Source of the DNA: Bacilli bacterium
GTDB taxonomy: Bacteria > Bacillota_I > Bacilli_A > RFN20 > CAG-826
NCBI GenBank assembly: GCA_900767825.1
Contig: CAAGAN010000038.1
Coordinates: forward strand, 29,645 to 93,644
Direction of reading: 5' to 3'
DNA length: 64,000 nt
The stretch's first letter is position 1. Every line of letters begins with the position of its first letter. The translations under genes and the position numbers were made by a program. Shown piece by piece: positions 48,189 to 61,432 of the stretch. Below the pieces are notes generated by a model. That model was not told where the DNA came from. It saw only the letters and a program-made list of their open reading frames with translations, and did not search any database.

Positions 48189-49654
48189 AGATTTCCCTCC
48201 TTTTTGTTTAAGACGCTTAGGTTAGATAAGCCACTATTTTCTTCGAATTTATTGGCAATATTGAACAATAATGATTCCTCGAATTTCCTTCCCATGAAGT
48301 TAACTCCTAATGGAAGTGAATTCTCTAATGTTAATGGAAGGGTAATTGAAGGTAATCCGGCAAAATTACCAAGGGCAAGTTGGTTATCAGCGATTAGATA
48401 TTCGCTAGATAATTTGTTGCTGCTTCCTTCAAATAACGGGGCAACATTAGGTGCAGCTGGAGTTAGGATTGCATCGTAAGAAGATAATATTTCATTAACT
48501 TTCTCAACAATCTTGGCCCTTACTTTAGTAGCACGTAAGAACAATACATCCTGGTTTTCTCTCATTAAAGCAAAACTTCCGATGACAAATCTTCTTTTAA
48601 TTAGCTCCGAGAATCCTTTAGTCCTGGCATTCATCATTACTTCTTGATAACTATTGCCTCCATAATTTGGACCAAACTTAATGCCATCTAGATTTGCATC
48701 GTTACTAGTAGCCTCGGCACAAGAAATTACTATATAGGCTGGATAAATTGCCTTTAATAATTCTAATGGGAAAGATACATAATCTACTATAGCACCCTCT
48801 TCTTTTAGCTTTTCTACGCCTTTTTCAAAAGAAGAAATAAGCTTTTTATCACTTACTGATTCATTTATTTCCTTAATAACTGCAATCTTTCTTCCTTTTA
48901 TAGAATCATCTATATGGGTTAAGTAATTAGGTACTTCTACAGTTGATGAAGTTGAATCTTTTTCGTCTCTTCCTGCTAAAGCATTTAATAAAACGGCACT
49001 ATCTTTAACTGAACGGGTGAAATATCCAACATGGTCTAGGCTTGGGGCAAATGGGAATAAACCAAATCTAGAAATCCTTCCCCAGGTTGGTTTCATTCCT
49101 ACTAATCCAGCATAGGCAGCTGGCTTTCTAACTGAGTCACCAGTATCGCTTCCAGTAGAAAAAGGAACGACCCCTGCACTAGTTAAGGCAGCACTACCGC
49201 AGCTAGATCCGCCAACCATTCTCGTATGAGTTTCATCATATGGGTTAAATGTTTTTCCTTTATGACCAGTCGTACCAGTTCCACCCATGGCTAATTCATC
49301 CATCGTGGATTTGCCAATCATGATGGCTTTCTTTTGCTTTAATCTAGCTACTACTTCAGCATCAAAAACAGGAACATATCCATTCAAGACATTACTAGAT
49401 GCCGTAGTTTCTATTCCTTTGGTAGAGAAATTATCCTTGCAGAAAAATGGAATCCCCCATAATGGGTTATCTATTTCTACTTCTTTTAAAGATGATGCAA
49501 ATTCTATCGCGCCTTGCTCATCTAATATCTCTATCGCGTTATTTTTGTCTTCCTTGGCCCGCTTTATTGCCTCTAATGTTAATTCAATAGGAGTGACTTC
49601 TTTGTCGACATAGGCCTTATGTATTTCTAATATTGTTCTATCTAAAACTGACAT
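48185..49654 (-). CDS. gatA: Glutamyl-tRNA(Gln) amidotransferase subunit A
   Basis: Amidase signature GGSSCGSAALTSAG...STGSDTGDSVRKPAAYAG. Start chosen at MSVLDRT (ATG 49654), 1 nt after the gatC stop; the longer track ORF overlaps gatC. Confidence 0.96.
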   Translation of the reverse strand: MSVLDRTILEIHKAYVDKEVTPIELTLEAIKRAKEDKNNAIEILDEQGAIEFASSLKEVEIDNPLWGIPFFCKDNFSTKGIETTASSNVLNGYVPVFDAEVVARLKQKKAIMIGKSTMDELAMGGTGTTGHKGKTFNPYDETHTRMVGGSSCGSAALTSAGVVPFSTGSDTGDSVRKPAAYAGLVGMKPTWGRISRFGLFPFAPSLDHVGYFTRSVKDSAVLLNALAGRDEKDSTSSTVEVPNYLTHIDDSIKGRKIAVIKEINESVSDKKLISSFEKGVEKLKEEGAIVDYVSFPLELLKAIYPAYIVISCAEATSNDANLDGIKFGPNYGGNSYQEVMMNARTKGFSELIKRRFVIGSFALMRENQDVLFLRATKVRAKIVEKVNEILSSYDAILTPAAPNVAPLFEGSSNKLSSEYLIADNQLALGNFAGLPSITLPLTLENSLPLGVNFMGRKFEESLLFNIANKFEENSGLSNLSVLNKKEGNL

Positions 49655-49655
49655 A

Positions 49656-49952
49656 TTAAATGACCACCTTTGGTAATTTGATTTGGTTATCCATAGTAAC
49701 TTTTGCATTCTTTAAAGCAACTTCAGTTTCTAATGGAGTTACCGGAATATCTTCTCTTAAATAAGAAGTCTCGCAGTCAAAAGGGAAAGTCATGGACTCA
49801 TAAGAGTCAATATCTTTAATCTCTCCTAATAATTCCATTTGCTTTGTCAAAATAACAAATTCTTCATAAAGAGTATCGACTTCAGCAGGAGTTAATTTAA
49901 ACATCAATCTCATAGCCGCGTCATTTAGAACTTCTTTTGTAATCTTTTTCAT
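49656..49952 (-). CDS. gatC: Asp/Glu-tRNA amidotransferase subunit C
   Basis: A 98-aa protein at the head of gatCAB, with typical LREDIP and MDNQIKLPKVV motifs. Confidence 0.9.
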   Translation of the reverse strand: MKKITKEVLNDAAMRLMFKLTPAEVDTLYEEFVILTKQMELLGEIKDIDSYESMTFPFDCETSYLREDIPVTPLETEVALKNAKVTMDNQIKLPKVVI

Positions 49953-49977
49953 AAATAACCTCTTTGAAAGTATACTA

Positions 49978-54257
<4,280 letters not shown>

Positions 54258-54414
54258 AGCCTTAATATTTTACAATTGCTTTCATTCCTTATAAATAAGG
54301 AAAAGCAATATTTAGGAAGAATTGTGATTCAAGATGGATATAAATATTTATCCCGATGAAAAAAGCCCTTAGATTGGGAACAATTAATCAAATTTTTCTT
54401 CCAAAATAGAAAAA

Positions 54415-54458
54415 TGGCACTGATTTGGCACTCATTTGGCACTGATTTGGCACTGATA
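54415..54458. repeat. Head-to-tail 11-nt tandem array (TGGCACTGATT x4, one variant)
   Basis: Units at 54415, 54426 (TGGCACTCATT), 54437 and 54448 (a truncated final unit, TGGCACTGA then TA), in the divergent region between pcrA and 54509-55405. Confidence 0.9.
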
Positions 54459-54508
54459 ATTTTTAGATTACTTAAAATGTCTTTAATGTAAAATATAAAA
54501 GAGCAAAC

Positions 54509-55405
54509 ATGAATATCTTCAAGCAAAAGGAAACTACAAGCGAGAATATAGCCTTCATAGGTATATGTTCTGGGTTAATCGCGGTTATATCATTAATCGC
54601 CTCATTTTTCCCTTTGTCTAATTTGTTCTTGCCCCTAATTATTCCCTTTTTTGCATGCATGCCCCCCTTATTTTGTAAAAAGGGGTATTCATATCTATTC
54701 TTATTTACTTCCTTTGCTTTATCTTTAATTGCCGGATTATATTCAGTCTTGGATACTATATTTTTTATATTTCCGTCTATCTTAATTGGATTTGCCTTTG
54801 GGATATGTCGAAAAATAAAGATAAGCGAATCAATCCTCTTATTCCTATTATCTTTATTAGAATTAGGATTATTCTATATTTGTCTTTATCTAATAAAGGG
54901 GATATTTAATGTTGATATAGGAGAAACCATCCTATCCTTAATGAAGCAAAATAAAGAAGGTGCAGAAGATGCATTACCTTTATTTTATTTAGCGTATTCT
55001 TTTGCCCAGGTTGGTCTAACTGCCTTGTTCCTTAATTTTGAATTACCTAAATTGAATCTAGATAAAAAAAGCAAGGACATCCCATATTTAGGTGAGTCCT
55101 TATCAATATTATTTGGAATAGTTGCGATGATTATTGGATTATATGTTCCTTGGTTAGGATTACTTTTATTAGGTTTATCTTCCTATTGGGCGATTTATAG
55201 TGCGATTAATGTATTTTATAGCCAAAAATGGTATGTATATCTATCTTTAGGGATATTGTTTTTTATCGGAATTTTCCTTTTTGCCTATTTATATCAATTC
55301 TATTTAGAAAAATATGGGATAATCTTAATAGGAATAGTTTTTATTAGCTTCCCTATCTCTTCTTTAATAAATGAATTCTCCAAATTAAGGAAAAAAGAAA
55401 ACTAA
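54509..55405 (+). CDS. Polytopic membrane protein, unknown function
   Basis: About 8 hydrophobic segments and no motif I recognise. Confidence 0.6.
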   Translation: MNIFKQKETTSENIAFIGICSGLIAVISLIASFFPLSNLFLPLIIPFFACMPPLFCKKGYSYLFLFTSFALSLIAGLYSVLDTIFFIFPSILIGFAFGICRKIKISESILLFLLSLLELGLFYICLYLIKGIFNVDIGETILSLMKQNKEGAEDALPLFYLAYSFAQVGLTALFLNFELPKLNLDKKSKDIPYLGESLSILFGIVAMIIGLYVPWLGLLLLGLSSYWAIYSAINVFYSQKWYVYLSLGILFFIGIFLFAYLYQFYLEKYGIILIGIVFISFPISSLINEFSKLRKKEN

Positions 55406-55447
55406 TATCTTTATAATAAGGAATTATAAGAGCAAAATTAAAAGGCA

Positions 55448-55981
55448 ATGAACGCGATCAAACAATTTGGACTTGGAATACTGTATGCGGTACTATTCCC
55501 ATTAATCCTAGTTATAGCCGCTCTAGTTGGAATATTTGGAATATTCAACTTCCTTTACCAAGGGATTGTTTTAATCGTTAATTTCTTTTCTGGCAAGCCT
55601 ATATTCCCTCCATTTAAGGAAGATAATAAAGCCTATGATATCCTTCAAAAGGCCATAGATAAGCAAAATGGAATGGAAGAAGAAAAGAAAGAAGCTGCCC
55701 CTGCTTCTCAAACTGTCTATATCCAACAAAATTATTATCAGCAGACCCCAACTGGATTTATTCCAGCTGGCCAGCAAGGTCCTCAAATAGGAATGAATCC
55801 AAACATGAATAATGGTTTTATCCCTAACCAAGGTTTCCAAACTCCTCAAATACAACAAACCCCACCTGTAAATAATGTTCAGCCAGATCAAATTCCAATG
55901 GCTAATCCAAATAATGTCATTGAGAATGAACCAAAGCCAGATGTCGAATTACTTAACTTCCCGGAAGGAGATAAAAAATGA
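55448..55981 (+). CDS. Membrane protein with a Q/N/P-rich C-terminal tail
   Basis: Two N-terminal TM helices followed by a low-complexity tail (QQNYYQQTP...IPNQGFQTPQIQQTPP). Confidence 0.6.
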   Translation: MNAIKQFGLGILYAVLFPLILVIAALVGIFGIFNFLYQGIVLIVNFFSGKPIFPPFKEDNKAYDILQKAIDKQNGMEEEKKEAAPASQTVYIQQNYYQQTPTGFIPAGQQGPQIGMNPNMNNGFIPNQGFQTPQIQQTPPVNNVQPDQIPMANPNNVIENEPKPDVELLNFPEGDKK

Positions 55982-56634
55982 ATTTATTTATACTTCTTTC
56001 TGAAAGTGATAAAAAAGCCTTGATAGTCTTGCTTGTTATAGCAATGGTCCTTTTCCTTATTATTGGTTTACTTGGTGTTGCAGTTAGGAAAACCATGATT
56101 TATCAAGGGAAAAAAGCCGATAACATGCTTCATGATGTTGCAATTACTCATGTTGTTGATACCCCTGCCGCTTTTAAAAAATTAGGATTAAAGAAAAACT
56201 GCAGGAAGCTATTTAAGGAATCCCTCTATCCATTTTTAATCGCTTTTATCGGTTTATTAATTTATCTAATTACTAACATTGCTACTTCTAGATGGAACGA
56301 AAATCCTTTTGTTATCTTCTCTGAACTATTCTATTCGTTCGATTGGAAAGCTGAAGAAGTCTGGACCAAGGTATTTGGTTTAACCTTATTAGCTAACTTC
56401 CCTCCAGTCTCCCATCGCCCAACATTTGTTTTATCCAATCTTCCATTTTATATAGCAACTTCTTGTTTCTATGTTGCAATTGTCTATTATCTAATTTCTT
56501 GCCAGGCATTTATTTCTAGGGCAGTCATGATTAATAGAAGAGCCACTAGCGTCTTTGAAAAATCCCTAGAAGGATTTAAAGCTAGCGAAGATATAAAAAT
56601 AACTCCAGATAAGCCACTTCCCCCAAGTGAATAA
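55978..56634 (+). CDS. Membrane protein, unknown function
   Basis: ATGA overlap with the preceding gene; about 4 TM helices. Confidence 0.6.
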   Translation: MNLFILLSESDKKALIVLLVIAMVLFLIIGLLGVAVRKTMIYQGKKADNMLHDVAITHVVDTPAAFKKLGLKKNCRKLFKESLYPFLIAFIGLLIYLITNIATSRWNENPFVIFSELFYSFDWKAEEVWTKVFGLTLLANFPPVSHRPTFVLSNLPFYIATSCFYVAIVYYLISCQAFISRAVMINRRATSVFEKSLEGFKASEDIKITPDKPLPPSE

Positions 56635-56638
56635 TTAC

Positions 56639-56776
56639 TTATAAATCAATTCTAAGTCCAATCGGGCAAGTTAAACCGTTCCCGTTACATTTAGAGGAAC
56701 TCTTTTTAGAACCCCCACAAGAAATTAAAGCAAGACTAGAGAATAAAAGCATCAATACAAGTAACTTCTTTTTCAT
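56639..56776 (-). CDS. Small (45 aa) putative lipoprotein
   Basis: Internal start MKKKLLVLMLLFSSLALISCGG has a signal peptide and a lipobox-like LISC. The ATG lies 2 nt after the upstream stop. Confidence 0.45.
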   Translation of the reverse strand: MKKKLLVLMLLFSSLALISCGGSKKSSSKCNGNGLTCPIGLRIDL

Positions 56777-56778
56777 AA

Positions 56779-57240
56779 TTAATCTAGATAATCTTTGGCT
56801 AAAAACCAGCCGATAAAGTATATGCACAAGGATAAATCCATGGAAGCGAAAGATTCAAGGAAAGATTCCCAGTTCCCACTAGAAAATAGATTATTGAAAT
56901 CAAATATAATCCAGATAAAAAAGAAAACAGCCGAAACAATCGCAGTTAAGGCAGTCAACGAAAGGAAAGGTCCTTTGTTTAAAGAAAATGACACTCCTCC
57001 AATCGAAGAAAAAATCATAAATAAATACAGGATGAAAGACAAGATAACCAGGAAATAAGAAACGGCAGTAAATGTCGAATAATCCGTATTAACAAGACTT
57101 ATAATCGAAACGATAATATGGGTTAGTCCGCTGATAAAAAGAAAAATTGATCCAAAGGCCAAAAGCAATCTTCCGAGTCGTATCGAAAACTTGATTTCTT
57201 TGTCAAAATAAGCCTTGTAGATCAATCCATCCTTTTTCAT
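56779..57240 (-). CDS. Four-TM membrane protein, unknown function
   Basis: Hydrophobic profile. Its ATG overlaps the stop of the 54-aa ORF (ATGA). Confidence 0.6.
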   Translation of the reverse strand: MKKDGLIYKAYFDKEIKFSIRLGRLLLAFGSIFLFISGLTHIIVSIISLVNTDYSTFTAVSYFLVILSFILYLFMIFSSIGGVSFSLNKGPFLSLTALTAIVSAVFFFIWIIFDFNNLFSSGNWESFLESFASMDLSLCIYFIGWFLAKDYLD

Positions 57241-57401
57241 TTGTATAACGCTATATCAACAATTTCCCAAATAATGAAAGCCAAAATAACAATACAAATG
57301 CCCAAAAGAAGGAAAAATACTCTTTTCCTGGCAACTTCCTTTTCACTCGAAGGGAGTTTTTCTTTTGTTTCTTCTACTTTTGTATTATCGATTTCTTCCA
57401 T
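57237..57401 (-). CDS. Untracked 54-aa single-TM ORF immediately after asnS
   Basis: My translation is MEEIDNTKVEETKEKLPSSEKEVARKRVFFLLLGICIVILAFIIWEIVDIALYK. The ATG at 57401 lies 1 nt after the asnS stop (57403-57405). Confidence 0.4.
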   Translation of the reverse strand: MEEIDNTKVEETKEKLPSSEKEVARKRVFFLLLGICIVILAFIIWEIVDIALYK

Positions 57402-57402
57402 A

Positions 57403-58794
57403 TTAGTATTTTAAGTTAGATGATGTCCTTGGGTAAGGTTCTGTATCACGAATGTTTGTAACTCCGGTTAGATACATTAGTAATCTATCAAATCCAATTC
57501 CGAATCCAGAATGGATGGCTCCACCATATTTCCTTAGATTCAAATACCATTCGAGTCCATCGATATTTCCGGCTTTTTCCATCTTGGATTTTAATATTTC
57601 ATAACGTTCTTCTCTTTGGGAACCGCCAATGATTTCACCTTCACCAGGAACTAATAAGTCACACGCGGCAACAGTTTTTCCATCATCATTTTCCCTCATA
57701 TAGAAGGCTTTGATTTCTTTTGGATAATTGATTAGGAACATTGGTCCCTTAACTACTTCTTCAGTTAGATAACGTTCATGTTCGCTTTGTAAATCCATTC
57801 CCCATTCAATCTTGTTATATTCGAATTTGTGGCCATTGCTGACTGCTTCTTGAAGCAATTTGATGCCTTCGGTGTATTCCATTTTGGTAAATGGAGTTGC
57901 CAAAACATGGTTTAATTTTTCAATTAATCCAGGGGCAATCCTCTTGTCGAAGAATTCCATTTCGTCTTTGCAATGCTCTAAAACATAGGAAATACAGAAC
58001 TTAATCGTATCTTCCATTAATTCCATATCGTCATCAAGATCACCAAAGAATATTTCTGGTTCAATCATCCAGAATTCAGAAGCATGACGTGGAGTATTAG
58101 ATTTTTCAGCCCTGAAAGTCGGACCAAAGGTATAGACATTTCTAAATGCAGAAGCAAAAGCTTCGACATGTAATTGGCCTGATACGGTTAAAGATGCTCT
58201 TCTTCCAAAGAAATCCTTATCATCAAGCTTGCCGTCATTAGATGTGCAGACTGTAAATACTTGTCCTGCCCCTTCTGCATCATTTGCAGTTATTTCAGGA
58301 GTATGGACGTAGACAAATCCCCTCTCTTGAAAGAATTCATGTATTCCTAAAGCCAACTTGCTTCTTAATCTATATAAGGCAAGGAAGGTATTTGTCCTTG
58401 GACGGAGATAGGCTAAATCGCGAAGGTATTCAAAGCTATGTCTTTTCTTTTGAAGAGGATAATCGCTAGAGCAATCACCTAGGATATTTATTTCTTCGGC
58501 ATGTATTTCAAATGGTTGCTTCATTTCTGGAGTCATAACCAAATTACCCTTAATTTCAATACACGCCCCCGTTAAAATGTGGGAAACTACTTCAAAATTA
58601 GATAGGGTTGGGGAATAAATGACTTGAATTGGTTTGAAACAAGTCCCGTCATTTAAAGAGATAAAACCAATCGAACCAGAGTCACGGTTAGTCTTAACCC
58701 AGCCTTTTAAAGTTACTAAACCAAGTTTAGATAGGTCCTCGCCTTTAGAGGCAAGGATATAGAGATCGTTAATTAATGTAGATTTGCTTTGCAT
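57403..58794 (-). CDS. asnS: Asparagine--tRNA ligase
   Basis: Class IIb motifs FRAEKSNTPRHASEFWMIEPE and GFGIGFDRLLMY, with a length of about 463 aa. Confidence 0.96.
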   Translation of the reverse strand: MQSKSTLINDLYILASKGEDLSKLGLVTLKGWVKTNRDSGSIGFISLNDGTCFKPIQVIYSPTLSNFEVVSHILTGACIEIKGNLVMTPEMKQPFEIHAEEINILGDCSSDYPLQKKRHSFEYLRDLAYLRPRTNTFLALYRLRSKLALGIHEFFQERGFVYVHTPEITANDAEGAGQVFTVCTSNDGKLDDKDFFGRRASLTVSGQLHVEAFASAFRNVYTFGPTFRAEKSNTPRHASEFWMIEPEIFFGDLDDDMELMEDTIKFCISYVLEHCKDEMEFFDKRIAPGLIEKLNHVLATPFTKMEYTEGIKLLQEAVSNGHKFEYNKIEWGMDLQSEHERYLTEEVVKGPMFLINYPKEIKAFYMRENDDGKTVAACDLLVPGEGEIIGGSQREERYEILKSKMEKAGNIDGLEWYLNLRKYGGAIHSGFGIGFDRLLMYLTGVTNIRDTEPYPRTSSNLKY

Positions 58795-58840
58795 AAGAAA
58801 TAGTATAAAACCTCCAAATTATTTTAACACCTAGAATTGA

Positions 58841-59854
58841 TTAAAATTCCTTATAGTGATCTATTTTCCAATTTGGGTCTACCCCTAGATCAAGTGGGGC
58901 GAATATATTCATTTTATATAGATGAGATGCTACTTTAGCAATCATGGCAGCATTATCGGTCGTACACCATAATGGAGGAATGATGAGTTCGACATCGCTT
59001 CCATCGAATTTTTCTTTCATCTGTTCCCTTAGATATGAATTAGCGGATACCCCTCCTGCTAAAACTATTTGTTTGACGTTGAATTCTTTAGCAGCCATAA
59101 CAGCCTTATTGACTATCTGGGCAACTGCTACATCTTGGAAAGATTTAGCCATGTCATCAATATTGATTTCTTCCCCTTTCATCTTAAGGGTGTTGACTAG
59201 ATTAATGACTGCAGTCTTTAGCCCAGAATAAGAGAAATCATAAGGATTATCGCTAACATGAGGAGAAGGTAAATCATATGTATGCTTACCTAATTTAGCA
59301 TGTTTATCAATCGGGACTCCTCCTGGATAAGGAAGGCCTAATACCCTAGCAACCTTATCATAACATTCCCCGATTGCATCATCATTAGTCTCGCCGATTA
59401 TCTTGAAGTCCATATCTTCTTTCATATAGACTAGCTCGGTATTCCCCCCACTTACAACAACACAAAGAAGAGGGAATTTTAGCTTACCAACATATTCATT
59501 CGCATATATATGTCCTGCTAAATGATGTACTGGTATGAGTGGTTTCTTATAAAGCAATGCTAAAGTTTTAGCAGCTTGAAGCCCAACATGGAGGCAGCCA
59601 ATTAAACCAGGCCCCCTAGTAACTGCTATAGCATCCATATCCTCAAACTTCATCTTTGATTCATCTAAAGCCTGTTGGAGACAGAAACAAATATTCTCGC
59701 AGTGAAGCCTAGAGGCAATCTCAGGCATGACTCCACCGAATTTTTCATGTACGGCAATCTGGGTGGCAACTGCATTAGCCTTAAGGCAATCCCCATCTAG
59801 AATTGCAACAGCTGTTTCATCGCAGCTAGATTCTATTGCAAGTATCTTAGCCAT
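58841..59854 (-). CDS. tsaD: tRNA N6-adenosine threonylcarbamoyltransferase
   Basis: ILAIESSCDETAVAI, HLAGHI, SGGNTEL and LAGGVSAN. Confidence 0.97.
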   Translation of the reverse strand: MAKILAIESSCDETAVAILDGDCLKANAVATQIAVHEKFGGVMPEIASRLHCENICFCLQQALDESKMKFEDMDAIAVTRGPGLIGCLHVGLQAAKTLALLYKKPLIPVHHLAGHIYANEYVGKLKFPLLCVVVSGGNTELVYMKEDMDFKIIGETNDDAIGECYDKVARVLGLPYPGGVPIDKHAKLGKHTYDLPSPHVSDNPYDFSYSGLKTAVINLVNTLKMKGEEINIDDMAKSFQDVAVAQIVNKAVMAAKEFNVKQIVLAGGVSANSYLREQMKEKFDGSDVELIIPPLWCTTDNAAMIAKVASHLYKMNIFAPLDLGVDPNWKIDHYKEF

Positions 59855-60899
59855 TGATAATACTCCTTACAAAATATAGCGCATCTTCCCCATCGTCATA
59901 ATATGACTTCTTGGTAGTAATCTCTTCAAATTTATGTTTTTTGTAGAACTTTTGCGCGACTTCATTGGATTTTCTTACTTCTAATGTAATGAATTCGACT
60001 GGGTCTTCTTTGGATTCGCAGTCTTTAATCATCTGCCCTAGAAGCATATTGGCAACGCCTTTGTTCCTATATTCTTTTTTAGTCGCGATTTGGCAAATAG
60101 AAGAAGAATTGAAGGTAACATAGAAATCAATGAACCCCACCACTTTATTATCAACAAGAGCAACATAGAGGTAGCTAACTGGGTTTTCATTCATCTCATA
60201 TAGCATTTGCTTTAAATCATATGGGTGTTTGAAACATTCGTTTTCGATTGCCATTACTTCATCTAAATCGCTTGGAAGCATCTTCCTGACAACAATCTTA
60301 AATAATGGGGAAGCATAGTCATCTTTTAGATATAGAGGTCTTACTTCCATTGGGTTTTTAACATGATGGGCCTCATCTTTTAGCAAAATTAGATTAGAAG
60401 CAACGTCTGCTTTATACCCTTCTTTTCCTAAATAAGTCGCATCCCCACACAAAACCAAGGAAGGATCTTTTTCTAGCATTGATAAGACTTCAACATTTTC
60501 TTTAATGCAATCTTTTAATATTTCTTTGTCTTTATCATAGATTGCAACGTAGCTTCTTTTGCCTCTCGCATTAGAAACAATCAATGACTTAGCCTCTCTA
60601 TTTCTAAGTATTTCTAAGCTGGACCCAACATAAAGAGGGATGTTTAAAGAGAATGCGATTATCTTAGCAACCGTAAGGGCAATTCTAATCCCTGTATAAG
60701 AACCAGGTCCTTTAGAAACACATACGGAAGCGATATCTTTCCTAGTTAAGTTATGCTTATTCATTAATTTATCTATTTCATAAACAAGCAATTCGCTTTG
60801 CCTTTGATAACAAGAATAGCTAACTACATCCTTAATAGAATCACCAAATATTCCAACAAGAAGGTCCTTGTCAGAAGAATCCAATACCAAATCAATCAT
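59847..60899 (-). CDS. Fused TsaB (N-terminal) - RimI-type GNAT acetyltransferase (C-terminal)
   Basis: The N-terminal roughly 200 aa carry GPGSYTGIRIALTVAKIIA (TsaB). The C-terminal roughly 150 aa carry ATKKEYRNKGVANMLL (GNAT motif A). It is one uninterrupted ORF between tsaE and tsaD. Confidence 0.85.
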   Translation of the reverse strand: MIDLVLDSSDKDLLVGIFGDSIKDVVSYSCYQRQSELLVYEIDKLMNKHNLTRKDIASVCVSKGPGSYTGIRIALTVAKIIAFSLNIPLYVGSSLEILRNREAKSLIVSNARGKRSYVAIYDKDKEILKDCIKENVEVLSMLEKDPSLVLCGDATYLGKEGYKADVASNLILLKDEAHHVKNPMEVRPLYLKDDYASPLFKIVVRKMLPSDLDEVMAIENECFKHPYDLKQMLYEMNENPVSYLYVALVDNKVVGFIDFYVTFNSSSICQIATKKEYRNKGVANMLLGQMIKDCESKEDPVEFITLEVRKSNEVAQKFYKKHKFEEITTKKSYYDDGEDALYFVRSIING

Positions 60900-61350
60900 T
60901 GTCTAGACTCCCAATAAGAGGATAAAAACGAGAAGAAGTAGAAGAAAATGTTATCTTTCTTTTGTTTTCTCCCAAATTATTAATAGTTATTTCAAGGAAT
61001 TCATCAGGAATTAAAGAAGCGATATAATCAGGCCACTCGATAAAACAAGCTCCATCGCCTTCGATATATTCATCCAAACCAATTTCGATGTTTTGTCCTT
61101 CAAGCCTATATGCATCGATATGATATAGAGGGATAATCCCGTCAAAATAGCATTTCATGATGTTAAATGTAGGAGAAATAACATCATCTTTGATGTTTAG
61201 CGCTTTCGCTACTCCAGAAACAAAAGTAGTCTTCCCGGCACCTAAATCACCTTTTAAAAGAATAACGTCCCCCCTAGTTAAACTAGAGGCAATCTTGGAG
61301 GCAATTTGCTTTGTTTCTTCCTTTGAATTCGATATTAAAACTTTTTCCAT
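60892..61350 (-). CDS. tsaE: tRNA threonylcarbamoyladenosine biosynthesis ATPase TsaE
   Basis: LKGDLGAGKTTF P-loop, SPTFNI and HIDAYRL. Confidence 0.92.
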   Translation of the reverse strand: MEKVLISNSKEETKQIASKIASSLTRGDVILLKGDLGAGKTTFVSGVAKALNIKDDVISPTFNIMKCYFDGIIPLYHIDAYRLEGQNIEIGLDEYIEGDGACFIEWPDYIASLIPDEFLEITINNLGENKRKITFSSTSSRFYPLIGSLDND

Positions 61351-61432
61351 AAATAAACCCTTGGAAATTATACTCTTTTTTACTTAGTAAAAGATATTAA
61401 GGTTTGTCCTTTTGCTAGAGATTGAGGAAAAC

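Noticed and set aside
47904-48479. 191-aa plus-strand ORF (and 48016-48225) antisense to gatB/gatA
   Set aside because: It lies entirely inside highly conserved minus-strand genes, has a low-complexity composition and lacks an RBS. It is an antisense artefact.
54415-54458. Sigma-54 promoter reading of TGGCAC-N-TTGG within the 11-nt array
   Set aside because: The -12 element would be TTGG/TGGC rather than TTGC. The motif arises from the tandem unit itself. Nothing in the window suggests rpoN or an enhancer-binding protein.
54329-54660. Minus-strand ORFs 54329-54526 and 54472-54660
   Set aside because: They span the promoter/repeat region and overlap the start of the plus-strand membrane gene. 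They have no RBS and look like artefacts.
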